NCBI GenBank assembly: GCA_963805625.1
Contig: CAWDVE010000017.1
Location: 736,001-800,000 of the forward strand
Length of the DNA stretch: 64,000 bases
From: an uncultured Candidatus Rokubacteria bacterium
Lineage (GTDB): Bacteria > Methylomirabilota > Methylomirabilia > Rokubacteriales > DASRDR01
Direction of reading: 5' to 3'
Below, piece by piece: positions 1-10,019 of this stretch; the stretch's first letter is position 1; each line of letters begins with the position of its first letter. The notes under the pieces were generated by a model, which ran no database searches, was not told where the DNA came from, and was given only the letters and a program-made list of their open reading frames with translations. Made by a program: the position numbers and the translations under genes.

Positions 1-135
1 GGTCAGGCGACCCCGAAGTGGGTCGCGGCGGAGAACGTGACGCGCCCCGTCATCGAGACCGTCTACATCGGCCAGCGACCGGCGCGCGCCGCCATGGAGG
101 ACCTGACGAAGCAGATCAACGCGCTGCCCACCTAG
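1..135 (+). CDS. C-terminal end of a probable sugar ABC transporter substrate-binding protein (partial, runs off the window edge)
   Basis: Frame 1 reads GQATPKWVAAENVTRPVIETVYIGQRPARAAMEDLTKQINALPT* (TAG 133-135). This resembles the end of a CUT1 binding protein and lies directly upstream of two CUT1 permeases. Confidence 0.7.
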   Translation, partial: GQATPKWVAAENVTRPVIETVYIGQRPARAAMEDLTKQINALPT

Positions 136-159
136 CGGCGATATCGCCGCCCCCGTGGT

Positions 160-1143
160 GTGTGCGGCTCTCGGCCGAGACGCCCCAGGCTTCCCGACCG
201 GACCTTCCGGGCGGGGCGCTCCTTGCCGGTGATTCCGGGCCGGTCCGCTCCGCGCGCCCGCCGGCCGGGATTCCTCCGGCACGGAGTCCTGACGCCGTAC
301 CTCTTCCTGCTGCCAGGCGTCCTGCTCTTCGCCGCCTTCCGCGTCTATCCGCTCCTGGACGGGCTCCGGCTGTCATTCACCAACGCTCGCCTGGGGCGGG
401 CCCAGTACGCCTTCGTCGGCCTCGCCAACTACGAGAGGCTCCTGGACGACAGCCGATTCCAAGTGAGCCTCCTCAACACCGCCTTCTACACCGTGGCGAG
501 CACGCTGCCGATCCTTGCGGTGCCCCTGGTCCTCGCCGTCTTCCTGGACCGTGGCATTCCGCTCCGCACCGTCCTTCGAAGCGCGTTTTTCTTTCCCTTC
601 ACGCTGTCCGTGGTCACTGTGGGCCTGACGTGGCTGTGGTTACTCGACCCGGTCGTGGGACCGTTCAACTACTACCTGAAGGCCGCCGGCGTGCCGGTGC
701 GCGCATGGTTGGCCGATCCGTCGACCGCGATGTGGACGATCATCCTGACGACGGTCTGGTGGGTCACCGGCTACTACCTCGTCATCTACCTGGCGGGTCT
801 CCAGGACATTCCACCGGAGCTCTACGAGGCGGCGGCGATCGACGGCGCGAGCGGTTGGCGGCGCTTCTGGTCGATCACCCTCCCGCTGCTTCGCCCCGTG
901 CTCCTGTTCGTCCTGGTCACTCACATCATCGGGTCGTTCCAGATCTTCGGGCAGGTGTACATCCTCACCGATGGCGGACCCGGCGACGCCACTCGCACGG
1001 TCGTCCAGCACCTCTACGAGACCGCCTTCCGCAACTTCTTCCACTTCGGCTCGGCCACGGCGATGGCCTGGGTGCTGTTCGTTATCATCCTGGGCTTCTC
1101 GCTGCTGCAGTTCCGGCTGCTCCGCGGCCACACGGAATACTGA
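160..1143 (+). CDS. Carbohydrate ABC transporter permease (MalF/UgpA-like); true start may be ~60-70 nt downstream
   Basis: FVGLANY motif, multiple TM helices, EAA loop YLAGLQDIPPELYEAAAIDGA, TDGGPG motif. Confidence 0.92.
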   Translation: MCGSRPRRPRLPDRTFRAGRSLPVIPGRSAPRARRPGFLRHGVLTPYLFLLPGVLLFAAFRVYPLLDGLRLSFTNARLGRAQYAFVGLANYERLLDDSRFQVSLLNTAFYTVASTLPILAVPLVLAVFLDRGIPLRTVLRSAFFFPFTLSVVTVGLTWLWLLDPVVGPFNYYLKAAGVPVRAWLADPSTAMWTIILTTVWWVTGYYLVIYLAGLQDIPPELYEAAAIDGASGWRRFWSITLPLLRPVLLFVLVTHIIGSFQIFGQVYILTDGGPGDATRTVVQHLYETAFRNFFHFGSATAMAWVLFVIILGFSLLQFRLLRGHTEY

Positions 1144-2057
1144 TGACATCGACCCCGACCCGGGGGCCGCGCCGCGAGGCTCCTCTCTCCCGGCATACCG
1201 GGAGTCCCCCGGGTCGCGCCCGCGCGGCGCGGCGCAACGTTCTGGCGCTCGTGATGACCGTCATCGCGGTGCTGTGGCTCCTGCCGGTGCTCTGGGTGCT
1301 CGTGACTTCTCTGAAGCTGACCGAGAACATCATTCGGGTGCCGCCCGAGTGGATCCCCTGGCCGGTCACACTCGCGCACTACGGCGAGGTGCTCTTCTCG
1401 TCGTCGCGGACCGCGCGGATCGGGCGCGCGTTCCTCAACAGCACGATCGTGTCGCTCGGCACAGTGGCCGTGGTCTTGCTCACGAGCGCCATGACCGCCT
1501 ACCCGCTGGCGCGCATGCAGTTCCGTGGCCGGAACGTGATCTTCGCCCTGCTCGTCGGCAGCCTGATGATCCCGAACGCCGTGGTCCTCGTGCCGCAGTA
1601 CGTGCTCACCCAGCGCCTCGGCTGGCTCTCGACGTACCAGGGACTCATCGTCCCCGAGGCCGCGATGACGTTCGCCTTCGGCGTGTTCCTGCTGCGCCAG
1701 TTCTTCCTGACGATCCCCCGGGAGCTCGAGGACGCCGCCCGGATCGACGGGGCCGGGACCTGGCGCGTGTTCACGCGCATCGTGCTGCCGCTGTCCCAGC
1801 CGGTGCTGGCGGCGCTGGCGATCTTCGCCTTCCGGTCGGCCTGGAACGACTTCCTCTGGCCGCTGATCGCGGTGAACCGACCCGAGATGTTCCCGCTCCC
1901 GGTGGCGCTCGCCCTTCTCCGGGGGGCGTACACGTCCGAGTCCTACGGGCCGATCATGGCGGGGGCGACGCTGTCGGCGCTGCCGCTCCTCCTCGTTTTC
2001 CTCGTCGCCAACCGGCGTATCGTGGAGGGGGTGCGCGTGAGCGGGCTCAAAGGCTGA
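1143..2057 (+). CDS. Carbohydrate ABC transporter permease (MalG/UgpE-like)
   Basis: ATG at 1143 overlaps the upstream TGA (TGATG). Motifs FLLRQFFLTIPRELEDAARIDGA and WNDFLWPL, ending SGLKG. Confidence 0.92.
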   Translation: MTSTPTRGPRREAPLSRHTGSPPGRARAARRNVLALVMTVIAVLWLLPVLWVLVTSLKLTENIIRVPPEWIPWPVTLAHYGEVLFSSSRTARIGRAFLNSTIVSLGTVAVVLLTSAMTAYPLARMQFRGRNVIFALLVGSLMIPNAVVLVPQYVLTQRLGWLSTYQGLIVPEAAMTFAFGVFLLRQFFLTIPRELEDAARIDGAGTWRVFTRIVLPLSQPVLAALAIFAFRSAWNDFLWPLIAVNRPEMFPLPVALALLRGAYTSESYGPIMAGATLSALPLLLVFLVANRRIVEGVRVSGLKG

Positions 2058-2073
2058 GGGAGGGATCATCACC

Positions 2074-3186
2074 ATGACGAGGACGATTGCGATAGATCGG
2101 CGGAAGCCGCTGGCCGAGGAGCCCCGCACGGGGCACAACCGCTGGCACCCCGACATCGAGCCGATCGTGGAGGTGGGCGAGGGCGAGGACGTGACGCTCG
2201 AGACCCGTGATGCCTGCGACGGGCACCTCACGCCCCGCTCGACCGTCGCGGACCTCGCGAGCCTCCCCGCGGGCGCCATCCACCCGCTGACCGGCCCCGT
2301 GTCCGTGAAGGGCGCCCGCCCCGGCGACCTCCTGGAGATCGAGTTCCGCGACATCGTGCCCCAGCCGTGGGCGTTCAGCGCGATCATCCCGGGGCTCGGC
2401 TATCTCCGCGACGTCATGGCGACCCCGTTCCTCGTCCACTGGACCATCGCCGACGGCTGGGCGACCTCGCCCCAGCTGCCGGGCGTCCGCATTCCCGGCG
2501 CCTCCTTCATGGGCGTCTCCGGCGTGGCGCCCTCGCGAGCCCAGGCGGAGGCGTGGGCCCGGCGGGAGGCCGATGTTGCGGCGCGCGGGGGCATCGCGCT
2601 CCCGCCGGACGCGGGCGGCGCGGTCCCGGCCCGTGGCGGAGCGGCCATCTACGGGCTCCGGACGCTCCCGCCCCGCGAGAACGGGGGCAACTTCGACGTG
2701 AAGCAGCTGACGCGCGGGTCGCGGCTCTACCTGCCCGTCGCCGTGGACGGAGCCCTTTTCTCGACCGGCGACGGCCACTTCGCCCAGGGCGACGGCGAGG
2801 TCTGCGTGACGGCGGTCGAGATGGGAGCGACGTGCGTGGTGCGCTTCCGCGTCCACAGGGGTGAGGCCGCACGACGCGGCATCCGCTGGCCGCGGTTCGC
2901 GCACGGCGACTACTTCACGGATCCCCGCTGGGCCGCGCCCCGGCACTTCGTCGCGACGATGGGGATGCCGGTGGACGCGCAGGGGGTCAACCACGGCGAG
3001 GACCTGAACCTCGCGTGCCGCAATGCGCTCCTGGCCATGCTGGATCTCCTGGGAGAGCGGGGCTTCAGCCGCGAGCAGGCCTACGTGATCGCGAGCGTGG
3101 CGGTCGACCTGAGAATCAGCAACGTCGTGGACGTCCCCAACGTGGTCGTCTCCGCACTCCTGCCGGAGGACATCTTCCAACGCTGA
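2074..3186 (+). CDS. Acetamidase/formamidase family protein
   Basis: GHNRWHPDI, HPLTGPV, PPRENGGNFD and GDGHFAQGDGEVC motifs; GGAGG RBS upstream. Confidence 0.93.
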   Translation: MTRTIAIDRRKPLAEEPRTGHNRWHPDIEPIVEVGEGEDVTLETRDACDGHLTPRSTVADLASLPAGAIHPLTGPVSVKGARPGDLLEIEFRDIVPQPWAFSAIIPGLGYLRDVMATPFLVHWTIADGWATSPQLPGVRIPGASFMGVSGVAPSRAQAEAWARREADVAARGGIALPPDAGGAVPARGGAAIYGLRTLPPRENGGNFDVKQLTRGSRLYLPVAVDGALFSTGDGHFAQGDGEVCVTAVEMGATCVVRFRVHRGEAARRGIRWPRFAHGDYFTDPRWAAPRHFVATMGMPVDAQGVNHGEDLNLACRNALLAMLDLLGERGFSREQAYVIASVAVDLRISNVVDVPNVVVSALLPEDIFQR

Positions 3187-3427
3187 GGCAATCAGGCTTG
3201 AGGCGGTAACCACCGGCCGCTACTGTCGTTCATGAACCTCATCGTTCCGCCGGATGCGGCGGACGAACACTGCCTCCCAGTGGTCGGCCAGCAAGCTGAG
3301 TCGCCCTGACCACGGACTGGCGGCGATGATCAGTCGTATCGATCCAGGAACGCGAGGAAGACCGGTTCCGGCGTCACGGACGCGGTTGCCCATACCCACC
3401 TCGTCGGCGGTCCGACTCGCGTCCGGA

Positions 3428-3844
3428 TCAGGCGGGTACGATTCGGAAGCGGCGCCGTCCGCGAATCCGGTAGACGCTGAAATCCCGGCGATCAGTCGTA
3501 AAGACCAAGTCGGTTTCGATCTCTTCGGCAAGCACCACCAGCATCGCGTCGGCGTAGTCCATGGAAAGGCTGGCGTACTGCTCGATCAGCTCGCGAGCCC
3601 GGCGCAAGGAGGCTGGAGTAGTCGGGACCAGCAGGGCGCCCCCCGCCAGGAAGAAGTCGAGGCAGGAGCGACGCCCGCCAGGAATTCCACCGAGCAGGTG
3701 GGTTGCTTCGGTGAGAACCGCTTCGGAGCTGAGGACCGACCCCTCCCAGGACTCGAAGAAGCGCGCGCACGCCTGGTGATCACGCTGGGTCCGGTCAAGG
3801 AGGGAGACGAGCGCTCCGGTGTCCAGCAAAAGATCACCGGCCAC
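3428..3844 (-). CDS. vapC: PIN-domain toxin (VapC family)
   Basis: Acidic PIN residues in LLLDTG, VLTE, MDYADA and FTTDRRDF; 138 aa; overlaps the upstream antitoxin gene. Confidence 0.9.
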   Translation of the reverse strand: MAGDLLLDTGALVSLLDRTQRDHQACARFFESWEGSVLSSEAVLTEATHLLGGIPGGRRSCLDFFLAGGALLVPTTPASLRRARELIEQYASLSMDYADAMLVVLAEEIETDLVFTTDRRDFSVYRIRGRRRFRIVPA

Positions 3845-4103
3845 GGGTGACCCGCCGGCGAGTCAACGACCTCAGCACGTATTCGCGGTGTCGAGCGGCC
3901 AGATCGGGAACGCCGGACACCAGCGCCCCGACCAGGCCTCGGACCCGATCGATCGGGCGCCCAGGTAGCTGGCTCGATCCCCCGAGGAACTCGCGCAGCG
4001 CCAGCCGGACGATGTCGGAGCTTCCACGCTGCATCCGGCGGGTGGCGGCCTTCAAGGCGCGGTCGAGATCGTCAGGTAGCCGCACCGTGAGCTGGCTTCG
4101 CAT
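3834..4103 (-). CDS. Ribbon-helix-helix (CopG-like) antitoxin
   Basis: MRSQLTVRLPDDLDRALKAATRRMQRGSSDIVRLALREFL fits the RHH pattern. The C-terminus has SGVPDLAARHREY, and GGAGG lies upstream of the ATG at 4103. Confidence 0.85.
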   Translation of the reverse strand: MRSQLTVRLPDDLDRALKAATRRMQRGSSDIVRLALREFLGGSSQLPGRPIDRVRGLVGALVSGVPDLAARHREYVLRSLTRRRVTRGR

Positions 4104-4159
4104 AGGGTCCTCCGACAGCAATGTAACACAGTGCAGTGCAAGAATCAGCTCGGACCCGA

Positions 4160-4232
4160 GGACCCATGCGCTCGAGATATCGAGTAAGGCGTGCAGGAGA
4201 CCGGTGTCGGCGAGGTACCTTCGGCGTCTTCG
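4160..4232 (-). pseudogene. Short remnant of an AAA+/DUF4143-type ATP-binding protein
   Basis: The minus strand reads KTPKV, then after a frameshift YLADTGLLHALLDI, matching the DUF4143 PK.Y..DTGL motif. The rest of the gene is absent. Confidence 0.55.
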
Positions 4233-4415
4233 GAGCATGAAATCCTGTCGATGATGGACAGATAGTGTCGGAGGGTACGCGGGCGACAACCCCCGCCACG
4301 GCTGACCGCCAGCCCGCAAGGGCACGATGATCGAGACGATGGCGGCTGTGATCCCTGGGCGACCTCTCGCGAGTTTCCCCCGGCCGGATCGGTGCCAACC
4401 GACGCCGCGGAGCGG

Positions 4416-5198
4416 CTACCAGAGCGTGTAGCCGCCGTCGATGACGAGGACCGCACCGGTCATGTAGCGGGACGCGTCGCTCGCGAGGTAGATGGCGAGC
4501 GGCGCGAGATCCTCCGGCTCGCCGTACTCCCCCATCGGCACCTGCGCCTTGAACGTCTCGATGATGGCCGGGTTGACGCTCTTCCAGCGGAGGTTCGGGG
4601 CGGTCATGAACCCGCCGGGCGCGATGGCGTTCACGGTGATCCGGTGAGGCGCCCAGTCGGCCGCGACCGCCCGCGTGAATGCGATCACCGCCGCCTTGCC
4701 CGTCTCGTAGCTCCGCCCGCCGATGCCGCGGTTCGCGATGAGGCCGGAGACCGACGCGATGTTGATGATTCGGCCTCCCCGGCCTCGGCCGATCATCGCC
4801 CCGCCGAGTATCTTGGTACAGACGAAGGTGCTCGTGAGGTTCAGATCGATGAGCGTCTGCCAGGTCTCGACGGGCATGTCCTGGGTGGGGATGTCGACGC
4901 GCCGGCCGCCGACGTTGTTGATCAGGATGTCGACAGGCCCGTGCTCGGCGAGCGCCGTCTGGCACGCGCGCTCGGCCTCCGCGGGTTGCCCGACGTCGGC
5001 CTGGATCGTGATGGCCTCCCGGCCCCGTGCCCGGATCTCGGTGGCCGTGTGGTCGAGAGCCGCCTGCTCCCGTCCCACCAGGATTAGGTTCGCCCCCGCC
5101 TCGGCGAGGCCCAGCGCCATCTCGCGCCCGAGCCCACGGCTGCCGCCGGTGACGAACGCGCGCTTGCCGTCCAGTCGGAATCGATCGAGGACTCCCAT
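4416..5198 (-). CDS. SDR family oxidoreductase (gluconate 5-dehydrogenase/KduD-like)
   Basis: TGGSRGLG, NNVG, catalytic YETGK and VNAIAPG motifs, ending IDGGYTLW; start MGVLDRF follows AAGG. Confidence 0.92.
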   Translation of the reverse strand: MGVLDRFRLDGKRAFVTGGSRGLGREMALGLAEAGANLILVGREQAALDHTATEIRARGREAITIQADVGQPAEAERACQTALAEHGPVDILINNVGGRRVDIPTQDMPVETWQTLIDLNLTSTFVCTKILGGAMIGRGRGGRIINIASVSGLIANRGIGGRSYETGKAAVIAFTRAVAADWAPHRITVNAIAPGGFMTAPNLRWKSVNPAIIETFKAQVPMGEYGEPEDLAPLAIYLASDASRYMTGAVLVIDGGYTLW

Positions 5199-5324
5199 GC
5201 CAGGCACCTTCCTTCCGGCCCGCATCGCCGGCCTGTCGACGCCGGCGCAGCGGCGCTCGTGTCGCGCGACGCGCGCGCGGCCGAGCCCGCACGCGGGAGG
5301 CGGCCGCGGCAACCTTGCTTCGAG

Positions 5325-6866
5325 CTACTTCGGCGTCACGCCCATGTTCGTGACGCGGATCGTCTGGTCCGGGCGCGGGAGGAAGCCCTGCACCCACCCC
5401 TGGACGCCGTAGAGGTCGTCCAGGCTGTAGAGGTAGACGGCGAAGGGCTCCCGGTTCAGCGCGACCATCGCCTCCTGCACGAACTTCGTCCGGGCGGCAT
5501 CGTCGGTTGCCTTGGCCGCCTGGTCCATCGCCGTGTCGAACGCCTTCGGCATCACGCTCGTGCGGAAGCGCCGGCCCTCGGCGAAGCTCAGCATGGAAAG
5601 GTAGCCGTCCTGCGAGAAGAGGAATCCGACTGTGAAGATGGCCGTCGTGGTGCGCGGAGTGGCGTCGAACTCGCGCGCCCACTGGGGGAAGTCCACCGCG
5701 CGCTCGTTGACCTTGAGCCCGACGGCCCGGAGGTAGCTCGCCATCGCCTCGCCGGCGGGCTTGTCGAGCGGATACCGGCCGGTCGTGTACGTGTAGTCGA
5801 TCTCGAATCCGTTCGGGTGACCAGCGTCGGCCAGGAGCTTCTTGGCCTGGGCGGGGTCGAACGGGTAGGCCTTCAGCGTCGGGTTGTATCCGGAGTGCCA
5901 CTTGGAGAGGTGCTGCCCATCCATCGGTGTGCACCGGCCCGCGTAGATCTGCTTGCAGATCGCCGCGCGGTCGATGGCGAGGTTCATCGCCAGCCGCACG
6001 CGGGCGTCCTCGAGCGGCTTGGCCTTCGGGTTGGCGGTGTCGAAGAAGGTCGCGAACTGCCGGAGGCTCGGGACGGACAGGAGCTTGAGCCCGCTCTTGC
6101 CCTCGACGCGGGCTGCCGCCGAGTGCGGGACGTTGGGCGCGATGTCGACCTCGCCCGCCTCCAGCGCCGCCACGCGGGCGGCGTCGTCCGGGATGATGCG
6201 GTAGGTGATCGTCTTGAACTTCGGCGTCCCGCCCCAGTACGCGGGGTTGGCCACGAGCGTGATGTGGCTGTCCTTCCGGTGCTCCTTGAACACCCAGGGC
6301 CCCGTGCAGACCGGCGACTGGTTGAACGCGTCCTTGCCGCGGGCCTGGAAGTCCTTGGGGGCGACCTGGAAGCTCCCGTAGGCGAGCACGGAGACCACGT
6401 AGCCGGCGGGCTTGGTGAGCGCCAGCACGACCGTCGAGTCGTCGACGACGGTCACTTCCTTCAGGAGGTCCTTCAGCCACTGGCTGTAGTTGAACGCGGC
6501 GAAGAGCTGCTCGAGGCTGAACTTGGCCGCCGCCGCGTTGAAGGGCTCGCCGTTGCTGAACTTGACTCCGGAACGGAGCTTGAACTGGAGCCGCGTGTCG
6601 TCGAGCCACCGGTAGTCGGTGGCCAGGAGCTTCTTGATGACCGCGTTGCCCGAGCTGTCGCTGTCCCAGTAGATCAGTGGCTCGCAGATCTGGGCGAAGA
6701 CGCTGATGTACGGCGCGGTGGTGTTGAAGGGGTCGAAGTTCGGCGGGTCGACGAACTGGGCGATCGTCAGCGTGTCCCGCGCGGCGGGCTGGGCCTGGAC
6801 GGCCGCCGGCAGACTGGCCAGCAGGAGCGCGACGAGGGCGGCGAGCAGGGTCCTCTTGAGGATCAC
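5325..6866 (-). CDS. Peptide/nickel-type (family 5) ABC substrate-binding protein
   Basis: GTG after AAGGAG and signal peptide ILKRTLLAALVALLLASLPAAVQA. Motifs LRSGVKFSNGEPFNA, PVCTGPW, RVAALEAGEVD and VRLAMNLAIDR. Confidence 0.92.
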   Translation of the reverse strand: MILKRTLLAALVALLLASLPAAVQAQPAARDTLTIAQFVDPPNFDPFNTTAPYISVFAQICEPLIYWDSDSSGNAVIKKLLATDYRWLDDTRLQFKLRSGVKFSNGEPFNAAAAKFSLEQLFAAFNYSQWLKDLLKEVTVVDDSTVVLALTKPAGYVVSVLAYGSFQVAPKDFQARGKDAFNQSPVCTGPWVFKEHRKDSHITLVANPAYWGGTPKFKTITYRIIPDDAARVAALEAGEVDIAPNVPHSAAARVEGKSGLKLLSVPSLRQFATFFDTANPKAKPLEDARVRLAMNLAIDRAAICKQIYAGRCTPMDGQHLSKWHSGYNPTLKAYPFDPAQAKKLLADAGHPNGFEIDYTYTTGRYPLDKPAGEAMASYLRAVGLKVNERAVDFPQWAREFDATPRTTTAIFTVGFLFSQDGYLSMLSFAEGRRFRTSVMPKAFDTAMDQAAKATDDAARTKFVQEAMVALNREPFAVYLYSLDDLYGVQGWVQGFLPRPDQTIRVTNMGVTPK

Positions 6867-6976
6867 GGGGCACTCCTTTCTCGGTCCGCGCGCGCTGGCC
6901 GCGGAGCCGGACGGCACGGGTGACGCGGAGACAGGGGGAATGCGGAGCAAGGGCGTCTCCTTTCCGGGCATGCCGG

Positions 6977-7907
6977 CTACGGTCCCTCGCGCCACGACAT
7001 GGGGTCGAAGGCGTCGCGAAGCCCGTCGCCGACGAAGTTCAGGGCGAACACGAGGACGGCGATCATCAGCCCGGGGACCGCAGCCGTCCACCAGGCGTCG
7101 TAGATGAAGTTCCGGCCATCGCCGATCATCCCGCCCCAGGTGACCGCGGGCGGCGAGACGCCGAGCCCGAGGAAGCTCAGCGCGGACTCCGTCAGCACCA
7201 GGCGGGAGACCTCGTAGGTGGCGACGGCCAGGAGCGGGGAGAGCACGTTCGGCAGGATGTGCCGGCGCAGGATGCCGGTCGGTCGGCACGCCGAGGGCGC
7301 GTGCCGCCTCGACGTACGGCTCCTGCCGCGCGCTGAGGGTCTGGGCCCGGACGACCCGGGCCATCGTGGACCAGCTGGTGAAGGCGAGCACGGCGACGAG
7401 CGTGAGGAGCCCACCCCGAACGATCGCGACGATCGCGACGGCCAGCGCGATGACGGGGAACGCCAGCTGGACGTCGACGAGCCAGCTCACGACCTCGTCG
7501 ACCCAGCTCCGGTAGAAGCCCGCCGCCATGCCGAGCGCGATTCCGATCAGGGTGGCGATCGCCACCGCGCCGCCGCTGATGAGGAGCGTGAGGCGCGCGG
7601 CATGGAGCGTCCGCGACACGAGGTCGCGGCCGAGGAAGTCGGTGCCGAGGAAATGCCGGTAGTCGCCCGCCCAGAACCCGGGCTGCTTGGCCTCGCCGAG
7701 GTTGATGAGGACGGGATCGTAGGGCAGCCAGGCGCTCGGCACGCATGCCATAGCGGCGATGGCCAGGGCGACCGGCAGCCCCAGCCGGCTCGCGGGATTC
7801 CGCCGGTAGGCCCGAACGCGGAGCCGCAGGAGCGACGGCGCGGCTACCGGCACGGCCCGGAGGGGTGGGTGACCCCACGTCGCGGCGGAGAGGCCGATGA
7901 GCGCCAC
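6977..7907 (-). CDS. Peptide ABC permease (DppC-like), split by a +1 indel near 7274
   Basis: The N-half (LGTDFLGRD...YVEAARALG) and C-half (RRHILPNV...ESALSFLGLG...GDGLRDAFDP) join if one C is removed from ACCGACCGGCATC. Confidence 0.85.
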
Positions 7908-7911
7908 GGGG

Positions 7912-8830
7912 TCACGAGGTCGAGATACGGGGATCGAGGACCCCGTAGAGCGAGTCGACGAGGAAGTTCACCAGTACGACCGCCGTGGCGACGACCAGCA
8001 CGGCGCTCTGCACGAGCGGGAAGTCGCGGGCGAAGATCGCGCTCACGATGAGGCGGCCGACCCCCGGCCAGGAGAAGACCGTCTCGGTCACGATCGATCC
8101 CCCGAGGAGGCTCGCGGCCTGCACGCCGAGGATCGTCAGGATCGGCAGGGCGGCGTTCCGGAGCGCGTGGCGGCCCAGCACGGCCGACTCGCGGAGTCCC
8201 TTGCTTCGCGCCGTGCGGACGTAGGCGCGGCCGATCACGTCGAGCATCGTGGCGCGGGTGACCCGCACCGTGAGGGGGAGCAGGATGAAGCTCAGGACGA
8301 TCGCGGGCAGGATCAGATGCGACCAGGTACCGCGCCCCCCGGTCGGCAGCCACCGGAGGCGCACGCTGAAGAAGAGGATCATGAGGATCGCGAGGAGGAA
8401 GTTCGGGACACCCTGGGCCACCACTACCAGGCCGCGGGCCAGCGTAGTCGACCGGGCGGTCGCGGCGGAGCGCGGCGGCGATGCCGAGCGGCACGCCGAT
8501 CAGGACGGACAGCGCCAGGCTTCCCCCGGCCAGCTCGAGCGTGGCCGGCAGCCGCTCGAGGATGATGGGCAGGATCGGCTGCTCGAACCGGAGCGACCGG
8601 CCGAAGTCGCCGACGAGGATCCCTCCGACGAAGGCGAGGTACTGCGCGGGCAGCGGGCGGTCGAGGCCGTGGAGGCGCTGGAACTCCCGCACCGCCTCGG
8701 AGCTCGCGAGCTCGCCCAGGATCAGCCGCGCGGGGTCGCCGGTCAGGCGGAGGAGGCAGAAGGTGGCGAGCGTGATCCCGATCCAGACGAGGATCAGGCG
8801 CGCCACCCGCGCCAGGAGGTACTTGGTCAC
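7912..8830 (-). CDS. Peptide ABC permease (DppB-like), split by a +1 indel near 8443
   Basis: The N-half (GDPA...GDFGRS...RLPATLELA) and C-half (YVRTARSKGL...ETVFSWPGVG...RDFPLVQ...LDPRI) are in adjacent frames. Confidence 0.85.
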
Positions 8831-8917
8831 CTGTGCACCCGCTCGCTCACCGAGGCACCCGGAAGTTCATGGGACAGATCTGATCAGACGGCCTTCAGCC
8901 CATGGCGGCCTGTGGCT

Positions 8918-9997
8918 TCACCGCCAGACCTCGCCGAAGACCCGCAGGAAGTTCCCTCCCATGATCTTCCGGGCGTCCTCGTCCGAGTACCCGCGAGCCA
9001 GGAGGCCGAGCGTGATGTTCCCCATCTTCGCGAGCGAATCGATCTCCGGCGGGAAGATCCACGGAAGCGGCGGATAGACGACGGGCCGGTAAGGCTTGTT
9101 GGGCCAGTTCCCGAGTTCCCCGGTCTCCGTCATCATCTCGGTCGGGTTGATCTCCTCCGTGAGGTCGGTGCCGAAGCCGACGTGGTCCACGCCGACCAGG
9201 TCGACCACGTGGTCGATGTGCCGCAGGAAGTCCTCGAAGGTGCAGCGCGTGCGGCCGTCGTGATCGAGGAGGAACGGCAGGAAGCAGATGCCGATGACCC
9301 CCCCGGTCTTCGCGACGAGGCGGATCAGCTCGTCGGTCGCGCTCCGGGGATTCGGGCGGAGCCCGCCGCAGGCGGAGTGGGAGACGATCACGGGCCGGGA
9401 GGACAGGGCCGCCGCCTCGCGCGCCGTGGCGTCGCTGACGTGGGCGAGATCGACCACCAGCCCGACCCGGTTCATCTCCTTGACCACGTCGATGCCGAAG
9501 TGGCTGAGCCCCGTCGGGTTCCGCTCCTGGCACCCGTCCCCGACGTAGCAGCGCTCGTTGTACGTGATCTGCATGCAGCGGGCGCCGACGGCGTACAGGG
9601 CCTCGACGTAGTCGACGTCGTCCTCGATGACCACTGACGTCTGGAACCCCGCGATGATCCCGACCTTGCCCTCGCGCTTGGCCCGGCGGATGTCGTCGGC
9701 GGTGCGCACGAAGATCGTCCGCTCCGGGCAGTGCTGGACCCGGAGCTGGAACTTGCGGATCGCCTTCACCCCGTCCGCGAACTTCTGGTAGTGCGCGCCG
9801 CCGCGGTTGAGCGCGGTGATGCCGCCGTCGAAGAGGCGCTGGAGGTAGGGTTCGTTCCATCGGAGCTTGTTGTGCGGGTCCTCGATGTGGTCCGTGCACA
9901 TGCCGTCGATCACGATCGCGGAGCGGTGGACCGCCGCCGCGCGCTCGCGGAGCTCGGGCGTGACGGGGACGGGCTTCCGGTGGGCTCTGGAGGTCAT
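8918..9997 (-). CDS. Membrane dipeptidase (peptidase M19)-family amidohydrolase
   Basis: QITYN...GDGC, GLSHFG...EMNRVG...DLAH, SHS, HIDH and HVGFGTD motifs, ending IMGGNFLRVF. Confidence 0.9.
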   Translation of the reverse strand: MTSRAHRKPVPVTPELRERAAAVHRSAIVIDGMCTDHIEDPHNKLRWNEPYLQRLFDGGITALNRGGAHYQKFADGVKAIRKFQLRVQHCPERTIFVRTADDIRRAKREGKVGIIAGFQTSVVIEDDVDYVEALYAVGARCMQITYNERCYVGDGCQERNPTGLSHFGIDVVKEMNRVGLVVDLAHVSDATAREAAALSSRPVIVSHSACGGLRPNPRSATDELIRLVAKTGGVIGICFLPFLLDHDGRTRCTFEDFLRHIDHVVDLVGVDHVGFGTDLTEEINPTEMMTETGELGNWPNKPYRPVVYPPLPWIFPPEIDSLAKMGNITLGLLARGYSDEDARKIMGGNFLRVFGEVWR

Positions 9998-10019
9998 CGG
10001 ATCTCCCTTCGGGGACGGT

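Noticed and set aside
18-1142. N-terminal 375 aa of the 679-aa ORF
   Set aside because: Arg/Pro-rich off-frame translation overlapping the real permease. The true gene starts at ATG 1143.
5325-7907. 860-aa ORF resembling a permease-binding protein fusion
   Set aside because: It results from the +1 indel in the DppC gene. The binding protein has its own RBS, GTG start (6866) and signal peptide.
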